Below are positions 47,023 to 56,177 of a stretch of DNA of 64,000 nt, in pieces. Every line of letters starts with the position of its first letter. Position 1 is the first letter of the stretch. The notes beneath the pieces are model-generated. The model saw nothing but the letters and a program-made list of their open reading frames with translations, searched no databases and had not been told where the DNA came from. Location: positions 2,108,001 to 2,172,000 of the forward strand of contig OZ374564.1 of NCBI GenBank assembly GCA_977862235.1. The letters run 5' to 3'. Made by a program: the position numbers and the translations under genes. The stretch comes from Dudresnaya verticillata. Taxonomy: Eukaryota.

Positions 47023-48235
47023 CACGCATTGAAGATATACAGTCGTTGTTCCTCCTTTCCATGTGATAGTGTGCTGTCTCATAGGCCTTTTGTTGCCGAT
47101 GCCGGTGCACTCAAAACCGTCCTATAAAGTTTAATATCTCCTCCTCCTCCCAACACGACACCTTCTACGTCCATCTTCCTCGCGGTTCCGTATTGCTGTA
47201 ACATAGCCATTTTCCAGCCTCCCGCTTGCCAAGCGGGAAGTGCGTTCATAAAAGAGTTCATCAGCCTCAGTAAATTTACTCAACCCCGTTTTCTACTCTA
47301 TCTATTCATTGCTATCACTTGACATTCTCACTACACGATTAACTCCTCTTCTTCTTCTTCGCTGCTTAAGGGTTTCGTGCAGCTCCACAGTTCCGCGGAC
47401 ACCGAACGGACAGCTCTGGCGACAACTGTCCTAACCGCCGTCGCTTCCCGCCTCAAGTGGCGGTAGCAGTGCATGAGGAATGTCCAGCGGCATGGAAGAT
47501 CTGCCAACAAGCATCTAGAGGAATGATGCATCCACGGCCCCGGTAGAGTAGTAGTAGCGAGGCGGGTCGGGTCACAGCACTGTGAGAATATAGAGAGCTT
47601 CGATTTGCAGGTAGGTGCACTCAAGCAATACACTTGCGCCTCATCGCGGGACGAGTGCCCGCAGTTCCGAGATTACTGCAATCGCGTGAAAACCTATCCA
47701 ATATTATGGAGAATGACCAACAGCTTTTCGGAAAGCCGCACGTAAATTTCTATTAAACAGCACATACACTGTACGAGATCTGAAAACCTATGATAGGTTT
47801 TCCGAAACGTGAGTGCTCATGTGCTGTTTAATAGCTTTTTGAATCTCACTGGTCGAAAAGCTGTTATAGGTTTTGCGATTGCCTCGGGCCAAACACCTTT
47901 TTGATAGAAACTACGTTTGCTCGACCCCAGGACCTATTCCATATTATGGAGAATGCAAGATAGCTTTTCAGGTCGTGCGGCATAACTCTCCAGGATTTTT
48001 TCCACGAGATTTATCGCTGATTCCCTTCCCGGACTTTTCTTTTGGAACACCTGGGTCCCTCCACCAGTCCGGTTGCCGGCCAGCGCCCTCTCAAACGCAA
48101 TCGCAACCGAACCGTCGCGTTTCGCTACAACCCCCTCCCGTCCGCCCCCCGCGACTGGCGCCAGGTCGCACCCCACCGCACCCCACCGACCCGCACAACT
48201 ACTGTGCTTCCCGTCGCACTGCCGCACCACGCCGC

Positions 48236-48680
48236 TGGAGCTATTTTCGGGCCTTTTTATGCGTTGCGTGCAGTCCAGATGGAAAGAATATCGCCACGGG
48301 CGGTGAAGATGATCTGGTTTCGATCTGGTGCCCTTCAGAGGAGCGGCTGGTTGCGTGGTTAGAGAAGCATACGTCTTGGTTCAGTGCAGTGGCGTGGGAC
48401 TCATCTCTAAGTGCACCCGACCGGTATCGCATCGGCAGCGCAAGGCAAGATGCGAAGCGGTTGCCGTGAGATTTCGCGTTGGATGTGTTGTATCACATAT
48501 CTCCGCAATGAAGACTTGGCACTGGTGTGGTAGGGTTGCGTAGCTACGTACGTGATGTGAACAACGCGCCCAGCGCTGCGACCTCCTCTGGCGGCAGTAC
48601 GAATGGTCCTGTTGGGAATGGCTCGGCGTCTGGGCAGCAAACAGTGGAGCGCAAGGCGAGCAATCTTTCTCGGCTGCGTA
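48236..48680 (+). pseudogene. WD40 fragment (CreC/WDR20-like), copy A; copy B at ~60117-60561
   Basis: FLCVACSPDGKNIATGGEDDLVSIW...LEKHTSWFSAVAWD...YRIGSAGQDA. Confidence 0.8.
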
Positions 48681-48685
48681 GAAAT

Positions 48686-49690
48686 AGCGAGTTCTATCAG
48701 TGCGACTTTGACATCGCTGACAAATACCCCTCCATGGTCCCGGATGCAGACGTGCTCGTTGTGATGATACAGATGTTCGACACACTTGCTAGTCAGGGCA
48801 AGTTCCACACAAAGCTTCTCTAGAGCATCAGGAGCTACAACATCAAGGTCAGCAACATGGTCATCATGGATGCCATCTTCCGTGTGTGTGGCCTACCGGA
48901 CGAAAAGCTTCGGACCATCTGCTCTACTGTCGACAAGCTTGACAAAGAGAGCTGGGAGGATGTCAAGGAGATGGTTGTGGATAAGGGACTGGATGAAGCC
49001 GCCGCCGACAAGATCGAAACGTTTGTTATGCTGAATGGCGACCCGTTGGAAATCTTAACGAAGTTGCGCGAACAAGAGGAATTGGCAGAGGTCTGTGGCG
49101 AAGCTCTTGATGTAATGGAGAAGCTTTTCAACTTGGTGGAATTCATGCGCGAGGGGCAACCGCAGTGGCTTTCGTTTGATCTCCCGCTCGATCGTGGGCT
49201 CGACTAATACAATCGCGTCATTTTCGAGGCGGTCTTGGTCGACAAGAAAACGAGCTTGGGCTCCATTGGCGCTGGGAGTCGCTATGAAAATTTGGCGGGC
49301 ATGTTTCGTAAGTCGAGTACACCGTGTGTTGGGTGCTCTCTAGGTATTGAAATAATTATGAATCTGATGGTCCAGGCTGCGCAGAAACAGGCGGCAGCGG
49401 AGTCGGTTGACGGGAAGGGAAAGGTGCGCGACGACGATGGATGTGCTTGTTGTGACGGTCGGAAAAGGAACTATGAAGCCCAGACTGCGGCTTTCCGCAG
49501 AAAGCTGGCGCGCCGGGTTTCTATTGAGTTTTGCTTCAATGAGAATGGACAATGGGAAAGCAGGTGACGCAGGCCATTACTCAAGGCATTAACCTCATGG
49601 TGATTATCGGAGAGGACGAGATTGCACAAGGTGTAGCAAAACTTAAAGTGCTGGCGACAAAGGCCGAGCAGACCATCCCAAGGGGAATAC
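48686..49690 (+). pseudogene. Histidyl-tRNA synthetase fragment, copy A; copy B at ~60567-61540
   Basis: [38 protein letters not shown], GSIGAGxRYENL, CVGxSLGIE and anticodon-domain VIGEDEIAQGV; N-terminus absent, with stops and frameshifts. Confidence 0.92.
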
Positions 49691-50044
49691 GGCCCTGTGT
49701 TAGCGCCCTTTTTCGAGAGGAGTGATCATCGTTCATGGTCGTCGTCGATGCTCTTTGAATGGACGGCATCCCGAATTGCTGTTCAACGCGAGATTTGTCT
49801 TCTTCGTGGGCCCAGTTCGTTTCTGACTCACCATGTCCGATGTTTGTGGTCAAGCACGATCAGCGATGTTGAACCCACAAGCCAAGCAAGGCCGGAGGAA
49901 GCGCGTTGGTGTGAGATATATGTAAGTTGCAGTATTGGCTTGAAGTTGTCGAATTTCTGGTGGACTCACCTTAGTCATCTTAACCTAGGAGAAACAGTTC
50001 AATCACTCTCCAACCCATGCGCTGAGCTATCTTATTTGCTCAGG

Positions 50045-50580
50045 TCGCGATTGGGTCGGCTTTGCAGGTGTTCGAAGTGTCCACGCTAGGACAGCCGTAT
50101 GAAAATATCAAAACAGTAATGGCAGCTCACCGAACAGGTAACCTTAGAGGTTCCTTGCGCCGTTTAGACTCGTCTTGAGGAAGCTCTGCATTTGGGCAAG
50201 GGCTCATGCCGTGGGCCTGCACAGAGGCGCTAACGAAGGGAAGAATGCCTATCTTTGCGCAGCATGAGATAAAGAATCTCAAACAATAGGTGGGGATGGG
50301 ACGTTTGCGTCTATTGCCATCGGTGGAATGGGTAGTGGCGTGTGCCAAGGCTACTACAAAATGGGGTTCTGTACGTTCATGAAGACAGTTCAAGTAACAA
50401 GAAGAAAAGGCGTTGGCGGTGGTCAGAAGAGCTGCATAGCTGTGGCTAGTGACATCTTGCCAAGGGAAGGAATCCTAGGGATTTACAAAGCCGTACGCCA
50501 TTGACGTCAATGCTGTAGCGTTGCGGCAAGCAACGAATTGGGGATCTCACTTTCGGTTCTGCAGAGTTGTTGAGTCCATC
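50045..50580 (+). pseudogene. Mitochondrial carrier fragment (YHM2-like citrate/oxoglutarate carrier), copy A; copy B at ~61895-62410
   Basis: EVSTLGQPYENIKTVMAAHR, QGLMPWA, FMKTVQV and REGILGMYKGVNAVALRQATNWGS match recalled YHM2-family motifs. Confidence 0.85.
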
Positions 50581-51331
50581 ATCCACAGGAAGGATGGCGC
50601 CTTTTGATAGTGTCATAAGGTATCATACTTTTCAATCACTGGCAGACTCACCTCTGGGCTCGTGCAACACAATTCGAGAGAGACTTTTCTCAGCCTCATT
50701 GCACTCTTGCAACTCCCGTGGCGTGTCGGGAAAGCTCCGAGTACGGGAATCTGCAGTTAGATGAACGGAGCACCGGCTTTGGCGAGCATAGCGAGGCGGA
50801 CGCGGTGAGCTTACAAACCTTCGTTCTACAAAACCAGGCGCGGGGTCGCAAAGGAATGGGAAGAAGACGTCACCGTTGATTGCGTACTTGTGGAGTTCGA
50901 GTCGCTCACCAGGAATGGCAGGCTACCAGTTTCTGTGCAGAAGAAGTTGCGCGAGTGCCTTCACAAACAGTAGCACCCGCAGCCATCTGTAGAGCAAGGA
51001 ATAGATGTACGTTTACTGAGTCAGAATGGGAAGTATAGAGTGAAGGTGATTAGGGTAATGTGTTTGAGAGCTGCTATGAAACTGGTTTGTTTTCCTGTTC
51101 GTCCAGGACTACCACTTTCTATACTTGAGCAGTAGTGCTAGGATGCGAAATTGGTACTGTGCGAGTGCTGTGCGTTCCTTGCCTTTCAATGTAAATAACG
51201 GGGTTTGTTTGGTCAGCGTTGCAAAAGCGTTTGAGGCAAGGCACACCGGAAGCCATTTGAAGTTAGAGCGGGTGATGTCGTGGTCCAGCACGTGATGAAG
51301 TTTCAGCACTTCAGCAGTTGGCGTCGACGGA

Positions 51332-51532
51332 AATGAAAACACGCGAAATTGTTGTTGCGCAAGTGATTGTTATTTGCCTTGCAATGGCAATACGAGGGCA
51401 ATGATAACACGCGAAATTGTTGCTGTGCGAGTGATTCTTATTTGCCTTGCATTAGCAACACCGGGGTAATGATAACTCGCGAAATTGTTTTCGTGCGAGT
51501 GGATTGTGTTGTTTGGCTTGCAACGGCAATAG
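51332..51532. repeat. 68-bp tandem repeat, about 3 copies, subterminal to the right TIR
   Basis: aac(a/t)cgcgaaattgtt starts at 51338, 51406 and 51474. Confidence 0.85.
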
Positions 51533-53436
51533 CTGGGGGTGTTTGCGAAGCGATGAAAAAGCAATTGACGCAAGGCGCACCGGCAGCCATGCGCAGGTAG
51601 AGCGGTTGGTGTCACTCTGCAGTACCTGATGCAGTTTCAACACTTGAGCAGGAACTGCTCAATTTTCCCCCAGTCGCACAACACTTACCACCGCGGCGAG
51701 GCATGTCGTAAATGTGAAGTATACGACTTCACGCGCACTTTGACATGCCTGCGCGGTGCGGTAGAGTAGGTGCGCGAGGTGCGCGGCTTGATGGGGAGGG
51801 CGGCAGGGGCGGGTGTAGACAGCGGGGTGTGGTGAGCTTGCAGTCTGATATGGGAAGCGAGATGGCGGTAGAGGTGGTGCGGCACAGGCGCCGCACTGGA
51901 CCCGGAGTGGAATGATGGCCACGAGACGGAGGGGTGATACTGGTGAGCCAGGGTAAATCTGGGCCAAGCAGTACCAGTCGTGCGGGGCGACACTGCGCCC
52001 TTGGTCCCAGCCCAGGGCAGGCCGGGGGGTGAGGCGAGCGGGGCCAGACATGCCGGAGCACGGGCGCAGGCGCCCGTGCGCGCCCAGGCGCCCCCCCGAA
52101 GGGCAGCAGGGGGCAGCGCAATTTCTGGCTAAATTTTAATCCAGAAATTCCGAAACTTTCCAAACTTTCGCGAAAGTTTCGGGACATTTCACCCCTATAT
52201 GCAGCACGCCATAACTCCGCAACCGTACATGCTATCCCAAAACCGATTCCACCATTCTTCTCAGCTCTCTCTTCCCAGTCCAACGCGATATAGAAAGGGT
52301 CATTCCATGGCCTTTTTTTTCAGACTGATTCGCGACACAGATTCTGAAAACCCGGAAATCTGTGTTCTTACAACAGCAGCTGGGTATCGACCCGGGTGAA
52401 AGTCTGGTGAATTCGCAAGATGCGTTGGATCTCAGTGCTGTGTTTCATACCTTGGGAAAGCTGTACCTTAGCCAGAGGTATCATATTTTATTTCCAGCTG
52501 TTGGCAGGAATCGTTATTCTGTGAGGTTTGCGGCTGTCACAGCTGTGTCCACGACAGAGATATCTTTCATGATGCTTGACTGCTTGTTTGCAAAACGTCT
52601 ACTGTCTGAGAGGGAGGTAGCCGTTGATGGGTTATCTGATCTTCATAAGGAAGAGAACGCGGAAGCTGGCTCAACATATGGAAATGGTCGGCAAGGGCGT
52701 AAAGCAGATATCGGGCAAGACCCAACCCTATCGCAACATGTGTGTAAGCTTATGCGGAAATTCACAACGAGGCAGAAGCCCCTTTTGTGCTGCTGTGTCC
52801 AAGTCAGAGAGAAGTATAATTGCAACATTTGGGTTCATCTTACGGGGTAAATCGTAGCAGCCCACAAACTTCACCTTCAGTTGGGCTTTGGTATCTTGCG
52901 TCAACTAATGCCCTCGTTACATCCACAGCACACTCAATTGTCTGCGCTTAGCGTCAGTTCAGATACTGCAGCCGAAACCGACACGTTTGGTCGAGAAACA
53001 TCAGATATTCTTTTGCTTAACTAAGTGCGTGACACACGGGCCCATTTCGGAACGATTCATCTCTGTCACTTCTGGTAGTCTCGGCACATGCAAAAATTGC
53101 CTGCCGTCAATCTTTGAGGCGGGTAAGAATGAAATGAGTATGAACTTGCTGTTCATCTTGAATACCAGTCGTGGTGCTATGCGGGCAGGCCGCATTTTGT
53201 CTGCAATACAGTAACAGACGCTGTTTTGTTGTTCTTCTTCTTGATGGCCTTTAAGCACTTCCTACCCCTACGAGTCACGGATTGCAATATTGTCACCATT
53301 TCCATCCAGTTGCGGATAGAATCGCGACTGAAGACAAGCGGGAAGTGCGTTCATCAAAGAGTTCATCAGTCGCAGTAAATTTAATCAACCCCGTTTTCTA
53401 CTCTATCTATTCATTGCTATCAATCTGGATGTCTCA

Positions 53437-53814
53437 CTACACTATTAACTCCTCTTCATCTTCGCTGCTTAAGGGGTTCGTGCAGATCCACAGCTCCGTG
53501 CACACCGAGCGCACAGCTCTGGCGATAGCCGTCCTATCCGCCGTCGCTTCCCGCCTCAAGTGGCGGTAGTAGTGCATGAGGAATTCGAGTTCCTCCATGC
53601 ACTCGCGAGCCTCCCTTAAACAGTCCTTCACGATGTCGTGCTGGGCGCGCACATCGATGCGAAGTATTACCACTTGTTCGTATGCTTGTCGGATTGTGTT
53701 GCGGGTCATGGTAGGTGTTGACTGTGCAGGGGGATTCAGGTCGACTTCCATCTTTAATTCTGTGGACTGTGGACTGTCGCAGACAAAGCCGGTCACCTGG
53801 TGGAGTTGGAACAA
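53437..53814 (-). CDS. Small hypothetical coiled-coil ORF
   Basis: Helical, charged, acidic C-terminus; the 3' half is conserved in frame in copy A (47331-47480). Confidence 0.4.
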   Translation of the reverse strand: MFQLHQVTGFVCDSPQSTELKMEVDLNPPAQSTPTMTRNTIRQAYEQVVILRIDVRAQHDIVKDCLREARECMEELEFLMHYYRHLRREATADRTAIARAVRSVCTELWICTNPLSSEDEEELIV

Positions 53815-54361
53815 GTATCTCAGCAGGGTTTGGGCGCGTCAAGTCAAGAGATAAATGTCGATAGTAATGGAAATCCTTTACTGCTCATCTACACTCATCT
53901 ACATGGAAAAATCCAAGTCCTGTTATTCGCTGTGACGTTCGCAAAAGGCAATGTGTCATGGAGCCAATTCCTCGATCTGTGCACCTGGCACCATACGTTG
54001 CATTTGTTGGACCTCGTCTAGAAGTATTTTTGAATGCTCGTATGTCACGCGGATGTCGTCACAGTTTACTTCTGGGGATGAAGGTACCTGTTGCTGGGTA
54101 AAAGTTGGACAATGCAGTGCCGGCGGTTTTCTTGCAGCCTTTAATGTATGGGAAGAGGAAAAGAACCCCTGAGCTCTCAAAGCAACGAAACGACAGACTA
54201 CCCAATCGTTACTACCTTTTCTTCTTTGTGGTAGTAGTACTACTACTGCTAATACCTTCACGGAGCGCCTCATTCGTACATTCGAGTCAAATTGTTGACC
54301 TGAACTGTGAGATGCCTGACTTGCAGTAACCGCATCTCCCTTTCGGTGCTTTCATTCATCT

Positions 54362-54832
54362 CTACATATCTGGTCTTGAGTAATAGACGGCAGAACCGGT
54401 CCAAATGAAAAACCTCTTCTCCAGCCCCGTGGACTGTCTCAGATATATAAGATTCCAGTAACAGAGCATTTCCCCTGCATAGCTTCCCTCCTTCACCATT
54501 CGGACTTTTCGGCGTAGTAGGCGATACAATTCGCTAAGACTCCTTGTCTCGTGTCTGTGGTTTCGCGCTTCAGCGTGCGACAGATTCTGGCAGAAACGTT
54601 GAAAAGCTTCACTGTCCCTGCCCTCGACCAGTTCGATGCCTGACTCACTCAAAGCTTCGTGAGCCCACTGCCTCGACGTTCGGGCCAACTTCATGGACAA
54701 ACTCCCGTCAAGTGTTTTGAACATGGCATCAAGGCGATCCTCAATTGACTCGTCCTGGCATTTTCCATCGAATGGTGCCCCGTCGCGATCCACGCTAACA
54801 ATAGACATGGTTGGTGAAATGTTTGGTTGCAT
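54362..54832 (-). CDS. Hypothetical ORF (from MQPNISP)
   Basis: Protein-like composition within a 255-codon open frame; no family recognised. Confidence 0.35.
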   Translation of the reverse strand: MQPNISPTMSIVSVDRDGAPFDGKCQDESIEDRLDAMFKTLDGSLSMKLARTSRQWAHEALSESGIELVEGRDSEAFQRFCQNLSHAEARNHRHETRSLSELYRLLRRKVRMVKEGSYAGEMLCYWNLIYLRQSTGLEKRFFIWTGSAVYYSRPDM

Positions 54833-55636
54833 AGACGAGGAGCGCTTTGTGCAACATGCAACAGTATCCTTGCTGCAGCAACTATGTTTTATATGACCAG
54901 TAAATCCATGTCCACGATTTTTCTGCACAAGAATGTTACAGTTAGAACGAAGAGCAAACTGACCGCAACAGTTGCGATGTTGTATTAGCGGGAAGTGCTC
55001 TGTGTCTGACGCACTCGTTATTATAGTATTACGGATGTTGTTGGATGACGGACACGGGTTAGAAAATGGAATACTATGCGCAGTTACGCCACTGTACGGT
55101 TTTAACGGAGCGGGGTCTCTTAGGGACAAATAGGGGTCGAAATGCTTGACCGTATTAACGTTATGCCTGTACGGTTCCTATTGAACACCATGGCCACGGA
55201 TGGCGCTGAGGCCCTCGCGAATTATTATTATAGCAGCGAGTGTCTCGTGAATCATCAGGGGTCGTTCCGGGTTTATCTGCACAGCTCAATACCACGCGTA
55301 AATTATGATATCACCTGACTAATGACGTAATATACTAATCAAACTGTTACGAAGACGACGGAAATTGATCCACAGTACGACGATGCTAGTACAGAAACTG
55401 ATCCCGTCACCCTGCTGTAATCCGTCAGAGGATCCAGAGACTGTCGTCCGAGTAGTAGATGTACTCGTCCCCATGAAACAAAATTGTCCTATACTGTTCC
55501 GTATGATGAACGCAGTCGTTCTATTACAGGAGCAGTGAAATAATGAATGTGATAGTAGTCACAAATGGTTAGGTTGTACACTCCCACAATTAGGACACAG
55601 GAAACAGAATTTTTATCAAACTGTTGGCTAACGCCA

Positions 55637-55975
55637 TCACTCCAATGCTTCTTTCAGGTCTTGTAGCCTTTTCTTCAAGAATCGCACATGAACGCAGCGC
55701 CCGGTGCTACGTCTAATCAGGTTCGCTAGGCGCCGCGGATTTCCCTCGGACTTATCTCCCTCACAATCCATACATCCGCAGTGAGGGCCCTTCCATAGGT
55801 CCAGCAGAGTCAGCCTTTCTATCCTCCGCCACTCATAAAATTTCTTTCCTCTGTAATTGAACTTATAGTTTCCGTCGAAGTACTGCTGAGGTTTCGCAGT
55901 CCTGAGACTGGAGAGTTTAGTACCGAGACTGCAGCATGTATCTGTCCACGATTGGTATGAGCGGAATCCATGCAC
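55637..55975 (-). CDS. Hypothetical 112-aa ORF with HCGCMDC, divergent from the ParB-MTase gene
   Basis: ATG-initiated ORF with a Cys/His cluster; no family recognised. Confidence 0.3.
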   Translation of the reverse strand: MHGFRSYQSWTDTCCSLGTKLSSLRTAKPQQYFDGNYKFNYRGKKFYEWRRIERLTLLDLWKGPHCGCMDCEGDKSEGNPRRLANLIRRSTGRCVHVRFLKKRLQDLKEALE

Positions 55976-56177
55976 AAGCGGATGAGGTCAATGACAGCGG
56001 CTGAGTCACATGGTTTTAATTTAATGCACATTCTTTCTCTCATGCAGTGGGAAACGTTGTACATGCATGTATGGAGCAAGGGCGGAAAGCTGTGTCCGAC
56101 AGAGGCAGTAGTCAGAATTCATTCAGACACCCCATCCAGAACTTCGTCTTACCGGTGCACACGATAGCCTGAGAAAT

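Larger units (their letters stand above)
47230..50815 (+). repeat. Cargo block copy A (internally deleted relative to 53335-62641)
   Basis: 47230-47481 matches 53335-53584, and 47478-50815 matches 59359-62641. Confidence 0.95.
39440..52364. mobile_element. 12.9-kb TIR-bounded composite DNA element with hairpin-tipped ~400-bp TIRs
   Basis: 39440-39839 is nearly identical to the reverse complement of 51963-52364. Both ends read CACAGATTTCCGGGTTTTCAGAA(C/T)CTGTG, and subterminal tandem repeats are present. Confidence 0.85.

Noticed and set aside
48686..49690. Functional HisRS genes
   Set aside because: Both copies lack the N-terminal part and carry stops and frameshifts.
47197..50815. Copy A as an LTR-like unit (TGTAACA...TTACA)
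   Set aside because: No TSD, the left TGTAACA is not conserved in copy B, and there is no PBS or PPT.
51332..51532. Possible CRISPR-like array
   Set aside because: Units are contiguous degenerate tandem repeats with no unique spacers; no cas genes; eukaryotic context.
52362..53300. Ulp1-like protease remnant
   Set aside because: Only a vague resemblance; the catalytic His/Asp/Cys motifs cannot be identified.
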